Shown: one piece after another, positions 1 to 7,754 of the stretch
Layout: every line of letters starts with the position of its first letter
Numbering within the stretch: the stretch's first letter is position 1
Assembly (NCBI GenBank): GCA_046758445.1
Contig: JBHIAE010000075.1
Location: 1-11,855 of the forward strand
DNA from: Candidatus Thorarchaeota archaeon
GTDB lineage: Archaea > Asgardarchaeota > Thorarchaeia > Thorarchaeales > Thorarchaeaceae
DNA length: 11,855 nt
Direction of reading: 5' to 3'
Notes under the pieces: model-generated
The model's input: the letters and a program-made list of their open reading frames with translations, nothing else
What the model was told of the DNA's origin: nothing
Database searches by the model: none
Program-made: the position numbers and the translations under genes

Positions 1-565
1 GTGGCTCCAGGGTTGGCTGCCTTATGTGACATCTGACTACGTAGTCACAGGACATTATCAGGACATGCAGCCCATTGCCTGTGGAGAGGTTGAGCTGTTT
101 CCGCTTCATCTTCCAGGACACTCCTTGGACCATACATGTTTCGGCATCAATGGATTCGAAACCATCTTCCTTGTCGACATCGACCTCACAAGATTCGGGC
201 CATGGTATGGAAACATGGTCAGCGATATCCATGATTTCAAGCAGTCAATCGAGAGAGTCATTGAGCTCTCTCCAAAGATAGGAATTAGCAGTCACTTACT
301 GGATCCAGTTACTGACGATCTTCTAATCCGTCTAGAGATGTTCCACAAGGTCTTCGATGAGAGGGAAACAGACATCTTAGTGAAGATTTCAGAAGGTCAT
401 AACACAATCGAGAAGCTTGCTGCGCTTCCAACCATCTATCCTCGTGTCCCATATGACGCAATCTACTTCTTTGAGGAAACCATGCTAAGGAAGCACATTG
501 AGCTTATGCTCGAAAGAGATGTCGTCCATCTTGATGGAGAACACTTGGTGGTCGCTAGACAATAG
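1..565 (+). CDS. Metallo-beta-lactamase-fold hydrolase, C-terminal part (5'-truncated by the window edge)
   Basis: The frame is open from position 2 (WLQGWLPYVTSD...), so the GTG at 26 is not the real start. MBL motifs are present: LPGHSLDH, a metal-bridging Asp in LVDIDL, and SSH. The helical, winged-helix-like C-terminus fits long MBL hydrolases. The HxHxDH motif would lie upstream of the window. Confidence 0.8.
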   Translation, partial: WLQGWLPYVTSDYVVTGHYQDMQPIACGEVELFPLHLPGHSLDHTCFGINGFETIFLVDIDLTRFGPWYGNMVSDIHDFKQSIERVIELSPKIGISSHLLDPVTDDLLIRLEMFHKVFDERETDILVKISEGHNTIEKLAALPTIYPRVPYDAIYFFEETMLRKHIELMLERDVVHLDGEHLVVARQ

Positions 566-592
566 CGAAGCAGAAGATTCTTGCTGTGTCTT

Positions 593-1378
593 CTATTTGT
601 GTCTGAATTCTGGCTTGCGTTTGGATAGGAATGCATCGACACCTTCGACCATATCCTCTGTGTCAAAGGTCTGACTGAAGACGTCCATTTCATATGTGAG
701 GTTCTCATCAAGACCCTTCTCCCAGGTATTGTTTAGCGACTGCTTTGCAAGCTTGATTGCAACACCCGGCTTCAGGACTAGCTTCTTCGCAAGTTCCATC
801 GTTCCTTCCATGAGGGCATCAATGGATTCGAACACCTTGTTGACAAGACCAATTCGCATCGCTTCTTCTGCCGTCATGTGATCCCCAGTGAAGACCAGCT
901 CCTTGGCCATCCCAAGACCTACAAGTCGGGGTAGACGCACGGTCCCACCGTACCCGGGAATGACTCCCAGATTAATCTCTGGCTGTCCGATCTTGGCGTT
1001 TGCAGATGCGTAGCGGATATCACAAGCCATAGCAATCTCACAGCCGCCTCCAAGTGCGAACCCGTTTATCGCGGCTACAGAAGGTTTGGACATTGCTTCA
1101 ATGAACTTGCAGAGCGCCTGCCCGTTCTCAACCCGTTGTCTAATTGTCTTCGAGTTCTTGCCCTTGAACTCATTGATGTCTGCTCCCGCCGCAAAAGCCT
1201 TCTCTCCCTTACCAGTCAAGACCACTACTCTCACACTCTCGTCGTCCTCAGCTTGCTTGAACAGTTCTCTCAGTTTCGAAACGACTGACGTGTTGAGAGC
1301 ATTGTACTTCTCTGGACGATTGATTGTTATTGTGGCAATGCCATCAACAGCAGAATATAGCACATCTTGTTCAGACAC
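593..1378 (-). CDS. Enoyl-CoA hydratase/isomerase (crotonase family), 261 aa
   Basis: Motifs INRPEKYNAL, AFAAGADI (oxyanion hole), ALGGGCEIAMACD and GQPEINLG, so both catalytic Glu are present. C-terminus is FLSKRKPEF. The GTG start is preceded by AAGGAGGA. Confidence 0.95.
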   Translation of the reverse strand: MSEQDVLYSAVDGIATITINRPEKYNALNTSVVSKLRELFKQAEDDESVRVVVLTGKGEKAFAAGADINEFKGKNSKTIRQRVENGQALCKFIEAMSKPSVAAINGFALGGGCEIAMACDIRYASANAKIGQPEINLGVIPGYGGTVRLPRLVGLGMAKELVFTGDHMTAEEAMRIGLVNKVFESIDALMEGTMELAKKLVLKPGVAIKLAKQSLNNTWEKGLDENLTYEMDVFSQTFDTEDMVEGVDAFLSKRKPEFRHK

Positions 1379-1384
1379 TGATAG

Positions 1385-1392
1385 TCCTCCTT
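1385..1392 (-). promoter_or_regulatory. Shine-Dalgarno site (AAGGAGGA) of the enoyl-CoA hydratase
   Basis: The minus strand reads AAGGAGGA-ctatca-GTG. Confidence 0.75.
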
Positions 1393-1558
1393 GATAACGA
1401 CTCGTGAGGCCATGGACTTAGTAATAAGCATTCGCAACTTGCGGTTCGTCGTTTCAAGCGGCCACATCTGCCTGGAACAATAGGGTCTGGGCAGGACTCG
1501 GAGCGAATCGGATTCTTTTTCATCCTCGAGTGTAATGTTGACTACAAGGTTGTCCGAT

Positions 1559-2755
1559 ATGAATCGAATATGGCGCATTGCTTCTGAAGAGGAAATACTC
1601 TCGGGCAGAACCACTGACATCTACTTCAAGAGAGCTGTAGACGTGCTCAAAGCAGAGGGCATCGACCCCATCGTCCACGCAGAGGTCACGGTCTCCGGAA
1701 TGCCTGAGGGCATGGATTGGGCCATCTTGGCTGGAGTCAATGATGCATTGAAACTCTTCGAAGATAAGAAAGTCGACGTCTTTGGACTGAGAGAGGGCAC
1801 CGTCTTCAGACCACGAGACCCGCTTGGGGTAAAAACTCCTGTCCTAGCAGTAGAAGGCCCGTACACAGAGTTTGCAACATTGGAAACTCCATTATTAGGG
1901 TTTCTTTGTCACACGTCAGGCATGGTGACCAAGACCGCATGTGTTCGGTTAGCCGCCGGTGACAAGACCCTCTTATCATTCGGAGTGCGTCGTACTCATC
2001 CAGCCATAGCGCCACAAGTTGGGTATGCGGCATATATTGGCGGATGTGATGGAATATCATCTATCCTGGCAGCCGAGATGCTGGGGATGGAGCCTTCTGG
2101 AACAATGCCTCATGCTCTGATCATCGTGGCTGGAGACCACGTAAGAGCGTGGCAAGCTTATGACAAGCATGTTCCAAAAGATGTCCCCAGAATTGCTCTG
2201 ACGGACACTTACTTGGACGAGGTCGTGGAATCAGTTCTCGCCGCTCAGAACATAGACAACCTCCAAGGCGTAAGACTGGATACCACGAGCAGCAGGCGAG
2301 GCGATTTCGTCAAGATTGTCCAAGAGGTAAGATGGGAGTTAGACCTCCAAGGATACCATGATGTGAGAATCTACGCAAGTGGGGGATTGAATCCAGAATC
2401 GATTCGAGAACTTCGAAGAGCGGGTGTTGACGGATTCGGTGTGGGTGGTGCCATCAGCAACTCACCTGCGATAGATTTCGCCATGGACATCGTATCCATG
2501 CAAGTTGACAAGACATGGACTTCATCTGCAAAGCGGGGGAAGTTCTCCGGAAGGAAGACGGTCTGGAGATGTACTGACTGTAATGAGATTCGAGTCACCC
2601 CTATCGGAAGAAAGAGTCCAAAATGCAGCTGTGGCAGCAAGATGGAAAAGGCCACCATTCAGCTGATTGAGAAAGGAACACAAGTGCACCAACCATTGGC
2701 TCCAAAAGGAATCAGGGACAAGGTGTTAGAACAGATTGCGAGGATAGAGAATTGA
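1559..2755 (+). CDS. pncB: Nicotinate phosphoribosyltransferase (archaeal type) with C-terminal Zn-ribbon
   Basis: Motifs TDIYF, SFGVRRTHP, GTMPH (phospho-His), DTY, GVRLDT, ASGGL, GFGVG, DFAMDIV and KRGKFSGRK. CTDC...CSC lies near the C-terminus. The start is probably the ATG at 1559 (MNRIW), with 1535 as the alternative. The gene is adjacent to a nicotinamidase-like gene. Confidence 0.93.
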   Translation: MNRIWRIASEEEILSGRTTDIYFKRAVDVLKAEGIDPIVHAEVTVSGMPEGMDWAILAGVNDALKLFEDKKVDVFGLREGTVFRPRDPLGVKTPVLAVEGPYTEFATLETPLLGFLCHTSGMVTKTACVRLAAGDKTLLSFGVRRTHPAIAPQVGYAAYIGGCDGISSILAAEMLGMEPSGTMPHALIIVAGDHVRAWQAYDKHVPKDVPRIALTDTYLDEVVESVLAAQNIDNLQGVRLDTTSSRRGDFVKIVQEVRWELDLQGYHDVRIYASGGLNPESIRELRRAGVDGFGVGGAISNSPAIDFAMDIVSMQVDKTWTSSAKRGKFSGRKTVWRCTDCNEIRVTPIGRKSPKCSCGSKMEKATIQLIEKGTQVHQPLAPKGIRDKVLEQIARIEN

Positions 2756-3321
2756 AGTTAGACAGACTTGAGGTAGATAAGACAGCCATCCTAGTGATAG
2801 ACATGCTTGTGGACTTTGTCGAGGATGATGGAGCACTAGTCGTATCAGACGCAAAGACGTTGGTTCCAATCCAGAAGAAGGTGCTTGATTTGGCCAGAGA
2901 GAGAAACGTAGCTGTGGTGTATCTTGCAGACAATCATATGCCAGACGATGAGGAGTTTAGAGTGTGGCCTAAGCACTCGGTGGCTGGGACTCGTGGTGCA
3001 CAGGTAATTGACGACCTATCGCCACGAGAGGGAGAAAAGGTCATTCCGAAGAGGAGATACTCAGGGTTCTTCGGGACGGATCTTGATCTTACACTGAGGG
3101 AATCAGGGATTGAGAATGTCGTCCTAATGGGAGTCCTAACAGACATCTGTGTGATGTACACATCTGCTGATGCCGCATCAAGAGGGTACAACGTATTTGT
3201 GGTGACAGATGCCACGGCAAGTACAGGGAAGGGCAACCACAAGTTTGCACTCAACCACATGAGAGATATCCAGACGGCAACTCTAGTCGATTCAAACCAG
3301 GTTCTCGAACAATTGCTCTAG
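2752..3321 (+). CDS. pncA: Nicotinamidase / isochorismatase-family cysteine hydrolase
   Basis: Catalytic triad Asp (IDMLVDF), Lys (KRRYSGF) and Cys (GVLTDICV). Metal ligands D-x-H (DNH) and WPKH. The TTG start overlaps the pncB stop (TTGA), and pncB context supports nicotinamidase activity. Confidence 0.85.
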   Translation: MKLDRLEVDKTAILVIDMLVDFVEDDGALVVSDAKTLVPIQKKVLDLARERNVAVVYLADNHMPDDEEFRVWPKHSVAGTRGAQVIDDLSPREGEKVIPKRRYSGFFGTDLDLTLRESGIENVVLMGVLTDICVMYTSADAASRGYNVFVVTDATASTGKGNHKFALNHMRDIQTATLVDSNQVLEQLL

Positions 3322-3397
3322 ACTATCCGAGCCTATTGGTGATTCTTGGCCTCAAGATGGCGCTCTTCTCTTCAGAGAGCGCGCTTAGTACCTCACG

Positions 3398-3406
3398 TTT
3401 ATTTAG
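3398..3406 (+). promoter_or_regulatory. Putative TATA box (TTTATTTAG) for the orphan ORF at 3452
   Basis: AT-rich TATA-like box about 50 nt upstream of the TTG start. An AGGAG SD-like site lies just before the start. Confidence 0.45.
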
Positions 3407-3451
3407 CTGTTCAGACTCGTCTTTGATAACGAACTGTCAGAGGAGAGCAGA

Positions 3452-3799
3452 TTGGACCTTAGAACCAGACGTGAGGTTTGGAAAGACTCGCTCAGAGCAA
3501 TGAAGACCTCACTGGCCACCTCCTATGATATGAGTACGGCGGTTGATGAACAGAGGAGATTCCTGAATGCTTGGCAAGAGCAGGACCTGGAGTACATGGT
3601 TTTCTCTGATTATAGACGTAATGATGGTAGGAGAAGGCTTAGAGACGTCATGGAAGTGATTGACACAGCTCTTGAGAGGATTGATAGCTGTGACACTTCG
3701 ACAGCGTCCCAGCTCTACCTTGATACGTTGAAGACTGTAGCACTATTCTCCAAGTGGGCAAGGGTTCTCGAAACATCTGCTTCTTGGTTCAGCTCCTAG
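3452..3799 (+). CDS. Hypothetical protein, 115 aa, predicted all-alpha
   Basis: The ORF fills the gap between pncA and the convergent DUF35 gene. It has an AGGAG SD before the TTG and amphipathic helical patterning. No family motif was recognised. Confidence 0.75.
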   Translation: MDLRTRREVWKDSLRAMKTSLATSYDMSTAVDEQRRFLNAWQEQDLEYMVFSDYRRNDGRRRLRDVMEVIDTALERIDSCDTSTASQLYLDTLKTVALFSKWARVLETSASWFSS

Positions 3800-3809
3800 A
3801 AAAGAAAGT
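3798..3809 (-). terminator. Putative U-rich archaeal terminator for the thiolase-DUF35 transcript
   Basis: The minus strand reads ACTTTCTTTTCT about 30 nt after the DUF35 stop, in a convergent intergenic gap. Confidence 0.4.
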
Positions 3810-3837
3810 GGAGGAGGGCGTTGTGCCGTCTATTCGG

Positions 3838-4254
3838 CTATACAAGCCACCTGTAAGTAATCTTCTTCTCATCTATGTGGTCGAATCCCAGCTTGAGAGT
3901 CATTCCAACCTCAGGCATGCCCATTAGGTTTGTAATGTGTGCCGTGAGCCTCAAGCCCGATGGGAACTCCCCGATGGCCACCACATATGGGGCCTTTGAG
4001 GATAGGCTCTCAGGCGCAAAGTCCACGACTACAAACGAAACTAACTTGGCTTCAGTTTCTGTAAACTCTTTGAACTCGGTCAGACTAAGGCATTTCTGAC
4101 AGTGCTGTCTTGGAGGAAGGAACTCAGCACTGCACGATGTGCAGACACTCTTCATTACTTTCTCCTGATCGAGGTAGCCGAGCCACTCGGAATACCAAGG
4201 TGTTATGGCCTTGTCCGTTGCGTATCCGAGATAGAGTTCTTTCTTCTCCGTCAC
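3838..4254 (-). CDS. DUF35-family Zn-ribbon + OB-fold acyl-CoA-binding protein (thiolase partner)
   Basis: Zn-ribbon CTSC...PPRQHCQKC followed by an OB-fold (APYVVAIGE...GLRLTAHI...EVGM). The GTG start overlaps the thiolase stop (TAGTG). Confidence 0.92.
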   Translation of the reverse strand: MTEKKELYLGYATDKAITPWYSEWLGYLDQEKVMKSVCTSCSAEFLPPRQHCQKCLSLTEFKEFTETEAKLVSFVVVDFAPESLSSKAPYVVAIGEFPSGLRLTAHITNLMGMPEVGMTLKLGFDHIDEKKITYRWLV

Positions 4255-5426
4255 TAGAATCCCCTCTCGAAGATGAAGACGTTGACGAACTGGCCACTCT
4301 GACCGACATTGTGGGCTAAGCCATATTGAACGTCCTTGATTTGACGAGATGAGTTCTCAGCCTCGCCTCGCATCTGTTTGAGTATCTCATATGTCATGGA
4401 AATTCCGGTTGCGCCAAGGGGATGACCCTTGCTCTTCAGACCGCCATCACAATTTACGGGGATTCGTCCGTCATGGTAGTTGTCCTTGTTTTCAACAATC
4501 TCAGGGCCCTTGCCTGGTTCGGCAAAGCCTAGGTCCTCGTAGGCGACCAACTCAGCAATGCTGAAACAGTCGTGTACCTGGGCCATGTTGACGTCATCTG
4601 GTCCTATGCCAGCCATCTCGTAGGCAGCCTTGCCCGCTCTCCTTGCCCCATGTATCGAGGTAAGGCTTGTACGGTCCTGAATCATCATCTCAGAGGCCCC
4701 GGCACCGATGCCTTTGATCCACATCGGCCTGTCGGTGAACTCCTTCACTCGGTCTTCAGCCGCAATTACAACAGCTGCAGCGCCATCAGTGATCAGGCTG
4801 CAATCGTATAGATTGAGCGGCCGTGCGATTGGCACAGCATTGTTAGCCTCCTCAAGTGATACCTCCTTTGGCAGGTGGGCTTTCGGATTCTGTGCACCGT
4901 AGTGGTGGGATTTCACCGAGATCTTAGATAGCACTTCATGTTCCATATTGTAGTCAGCCATGTAACGCGATGCCATCAACGCATAGAAAGCGGGGAAGCT
5001 AATTCCAAACGGATACTCCCAACGCATGTCGCCTGCTTGAGACATGTACTCAGTTGCGGTGGCTGAAGAAACCCTGTTCATCTGCTCGACACCGAGTACA
5101 AGCATTACATCATAGAGACCAGCGGAAACGAGACCCCATGCAGCCCTTAGAGAGGCAGTTCCTGTTGTGCATGCCGACTCTACACGCATGTGAGGCTTGT
5201 CCTGGAGGCCGAGGTAGTCAGCTATGAGCGCGGATCCTGCGCCTTGGCCAGAGAACTGTGATGCAGCATACGAGAGAACGGATGCATCAATCTTGTCCTG
5301 AGTAATACCCTCATCATAGATGGGCTTGTATGCCTCAGCACACAGCTCTCTCATGGTCGCATCGTATCGTTTTCCGAACTTGCTATGGCCGCCAGCTACG
5401 ACAGCTACTTTTCTTCCCAATTTCAT
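4254..5426 (-). CDS. Thiolase, SCP2-thiolase/archaeal type (acetyl-CoA C-acyltransferase)
   Basis: Motifs VESACTTG (nucleophilic Cys), DGAAA, VHDCF, GGLKSKGHPLGATG and the C-terminal HNVG. The start is the ATG at 5426 or the TTG at 5420 (GGAGG lies 8 nt before the TTG). The 5480 start in the ORF track is probably too long. Confidence 0.95.
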   Translation of the reverse strand: MKLGRKVAVVAGGHSKFGKRYDATMRELCAEAYKPIYDEGITQDKIDASVLSYAASQFSGQGAGSALIADYLGLQDKPHMRVESACTTGTASLRAAWGLVSAGLYDVMLVLGVEQMNRVSSATATEYMSQAGDMRWEYPFGISFPAFYALMASRYMADYNMEHEVLSKISVKSHHYGAQNPKAHLPKEVSLEEANNAVPIARPLNLYDCSLITDGAAAVVIAAEDRVKEFTDRPMWIKGIGAGASEMMIQDRTSLTSIHGARRAGKAAYEMAGIGPDDVNMAQVHDCFSIAELVAYEDLGFAEPGKGPEIVENKDNYHDGRIPVNCDGGLKSKGHPLGATGISMTYEILKQMRGEAENSSRQIKDVQYGLAHNVGQSGQFVNVFIFERGF

Positions 5427-5590
5427 TTCCTCCGTGGACGGAACCCACTCGATGTGTTTCAAGCAGGTTCTGACATTCACGTTACTATACTAGCGGAATC
5501 ACCGGTAACGTGGTCTTAAGGTTGACGATTAGTGGAGCAATCGATTCTTGAGGCATTATCTTATTGATTGTGGCAATCTAGACTGAAGCG

Positions 5591-5624
5591 AAAAAGAAGA
5601 GAAAGACCCCGGTGAGCCGGGGTC
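5591..5624 (-). terminator. Hairpin + U-tract terminator downstream of the second enoyl-CoA hydratase
   Basis: Perfect 8-bp stem GACCCCGG-N4-CCGGGGTC (5605-5624), followed on the minus strand by TTTCTCTTCTTTTT. It begins 15 nt after the stop at 5640. Confidence 0.8.
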
Positions 5625-5639
5625 AGAGCAGGATTCAAA

Positions 5640-6452
5640 CTACTCGCCAGTGAACTTGCCACGGCGTTTCTCAAGGACTGCAGATATCCCTTCAGCAAGG
5701 TCCTTTGTTTTGAAGCACTCGACTAAGGCTTTCACCTGATACTTGAGGTTATCTTTGTACTCTTCCTCGAACGCCATGTGAGTCGCTTTCTTCGCCAACC
5801 TCACTGCAACAGGAGCATTGCCACCAAGCTTTGCACCATACCACATCGCTTGACTCAGAAGTTCATCCTTTTTGACGACTTTACTGACAAGTCCCATGTC
5901 GAATGCTTCTTGGGCAGTGACCTGGCCCCCGGTGAGTATGAGTTCCATAGCTTTCCCAAGACCCACGATTCTTGGAAGTCTGACACAGCCACCCCAGCCT
6001 GGAATGAGTCCAAGACTTACCTCTGGAACCCCAATCTTTGCTTCATCTTCAGCTATTCTTATGTCACAGGCAAGTGCAATCTCTAGACCTCCAGCAAGAC
6101 ATAGACCATTGATCGCTGCAATAGTCGGCTTTGGGAAATCTGCCAGCTTGTTGATTATTCCCTGGCCTTCCTGAATAATACCTTCAACTTGATCGATGTC
6201 ATCGAGGAGTGACTGAGCCATCTTCAGATCTGCACCTGAACTGTATACCTTATCATGTGCTGACGCAAGCACCACCGATCGGACTTCTTTATCTTTCTCG
6301 GCCTCGTCCAGGGCATCACTGAGGTCTTGAAGAAACTGAGCGCTGATTGCGTTCAGAGCATCAAGTCGATTGAACTTAATTAGGGCCGTGTTCTTCACAG
6401 GTGAAAGAAAAGACCCTTCCTTACTGTATAGCATCGTTTCGTACTCTGGCAT
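5640..6452 (-). CDS. Enoyl-CoA hydratase/isomerase (crotonase family), about 270 aa
   Basis: Motifs FNRLDALNAI, YSSGADL, CLAGGLEIALACD and GVPEVSLG, so both catalytic Glu are present. C-terminus is EKRRGKFTGE. The ATG at 6452 (MPEYET) is preceded by AGGTG. Confidence 0.95.
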   Translation of the reverse strand: MPEYETMLYSKEGSFLSPVKNTALIKFNRLDALNAISAQFLQDLSDALDEAEKDKEVRSVVLASAHDKVYSSGADLKMAQSLLDDIDQVEGIIQEGQGIINKLADFPKPTIAAINGLCLAGGLEIALACDIRIAEDEAKIGVPEVSLGLIPGWGGCVRLPRIVGLGKAMELILTGGQVTAQEAFDMGLVSKVVKKDELLSQAMWYGAKLGGNAPVAVRLAKKATHMAFEEEYKDNLKYQVKALVECFKTKDLAEGISAVLEKRRGKFTGE

Positions 6453-6509
6453 TCCATGCACCTTTTGTTATACTATGCTTCAGAATGGAATATGTGCTGC
6501 TTAAAAATC

Positions 6510-6517
6510 CGCTCCTG
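6510..6517 (-). promoter_or_regulatory. Putative TATA box (TTTTTAAG) for the enoyl-CoA hydratase at 6452
   Basis: Archaeal TATA-like box about 60 nt upstream of the start and downstream of the preceding terminator hairpin. Confidence 0.5.
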
Positions 6518-6565
6518 AACGAATTGGGAATCTGGGAGTACCAAGTCCACAAAACATCGGAAGGA

Positions 6566-6604
6566 ACAAAATGAAAGAGGTAAGCAGGGCCTGACGCCCT
6601 GCTT
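6566..6604 (-). terminator. Hairpin + U-rich terminator after the 3-hydroxyacyl-CoA dehydrogenase
   Basis: Perfect 9-bp stem AAGCAGGGC-N5-GCCCTGCTT (6582-6604), 14 nt after the stop. It is followed on the minus strand by ACCTCTTTCATTTTGT. Confidence 0.7.
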
Positions 6605-6618
6605 CTTGTCATATTTGA

Positions 6619-7743
6619 TTACTTCAGCATCTTTGGAACGCTGTAACACTCGCCAAACTCCTCTTCGAGCTTTGAGATGTGTTCGCGGATCTTGTTCATC
6701 CCATACTTGTCTGCCATTTCGAACGGCCCGGCAGGCCAAGCCGCGCCCAGTTTCATGGCCATGTCAATGTCCTCTTTGTTTGCAATTCCGTCATCGACGA
6801 GAATCATAGCCTCCCGAATTCCAGCAATCTGAATCCTCTCTGCGATCCAATTCGGATCGGCACCCTTTGGTTCCTCAGGTTCTGCTTTGTCGGGCCCATA
6901 CTCATAGAAACCCTTCTTTGATTTCATTCCGATGGCACCAGAATCAACGAGATTCTTCAGCGTTTCAGGGGGTTTGAAGCAATCACCAATCTCTCGGTAG
7001 AGAGTAGACATGGCGTTGAAGGCTATGTCAAGACCCACAAAGTCACCCAAAGCGAATGGACCCATGGCGGCCTTCCCAATGCCAACCATTGCTGTGTCAA
7101 TCTCCTCCTTGGTGGCCTCTCCACGTTCGTACATTAGGAGCGACTCTCGCATGCCTGGCATGAGAAGACGATTGACAATAAAGCCGGGGCTGTTCTTGGC
7201 CAACACAGTGAGCTTGCCCTGCTTCTCACCAACTGCCTTGGCAACTGCAATCGTATCATCACTGGTCTTATCGCCGATTACAATCTCAAGGAGCTTCATG
7301 GCCGGAACTGGAGAGAAATAGTGCATACCAATGAACTTGTCAGGCCGGTTGGTGGCTGTTGCAAGTTCATCTATGCTTAGCGATGAAGTGTTGGAAGCCA
7401 GTATTGCGTGCGCCGGTGCGGCAGCATCGATCTTGGCGAACACCTCCTTCTTGACCTCCATGTTCTCGAATATGGCCTCAATCACAAGATCGGCGTCCTT
7501 GACTGCTTCCTCGGTGTCAACAGTGCCGTTGACTCTGCCCATTAGGCCTTCTGCATCCGTGATAGACATCTTCCCCTTGTCAATGCCAGTCATTACATCA
7601 TTTCGGATTCTCTCAATGCCCTTGTCCACTAACTCTTGATTGATGTCTACCATGGTGACTTCGTATCCATTCCACGCAGAAACGTAGGCGATGCCCGAAC
7701 CCATCAAACCAGAACCAATTACTGCGATCTTATTGATGCCCAT
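6619..7743 (-). CDS. 3-hydroxyacyl-CoA dehydrogenase with a duplicated C-terminal dimerisation domain, 374 aa
   Basis: Rossmann motif GSGLMGSGIA, then IEAIFE, ASNTSSLSI, the catalytic GMHYFSP...LLE and PGFIVNR. Two copies of the C-domain: EIDTAM...MGPFALGD and EDIDMAMKLGAAWPAGPFEMAD. SD is GGAGG. Confidence 0.95.
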   Translation of the reverse strand: MGINKIAVIGSGLMGSGIAYVSAWNGYEVTMVDINQELVDKGIERIRNDVMTGIDKGKMSITDAEGLMGRVNGTVDTEEAVKDADLVIEAIFENMEVKKEVFAKIDAAAPAHAILASNTSSLSIDELATATNRPDKFIGMHYFSPVPAMKLLEIVIGDKTSDDTIAVAKAVGEKQGKLTVLAKNSPGFIVNRLLMPGMRESLLMYERGEATKEEIDTAMVGIGKAAMGPFALGDFVGLDIAFNAMSTLYREIGDCFKPPETLKNLVDSGAIGMKSKKGFYEYGPDKAEPEEPKGADPNWIAERIQIAGIREAMILVDDGIANKEDIDMAMKLGAAWPAGPFEMADKYGMNKIREHISKLEEEFGECYSVPKMLK

Positions 7744-7754
7744 TTCAGACCCTC

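Noticed and set aside
3344-3382. Short hairpins after pncA (TCTTG-N4-CAAGA and GCGCTCT-N9-AGAGCGC)
   Set aside because: They may aid pncBA termination, but the stems are short and there is no adjacent U-tract, so I did not call them.
6473-6809. ORFs 6473-6739 (-), 6421-6612 (-) and 6606-6809 (+) as a possible frameshift bridge between the dehydrogenase and the hydratase
   Set aside because: Both flanking genes are complete, and the gap contains a terminator, a TATA-like box and an SD. The bridging peptides show no family similarity.
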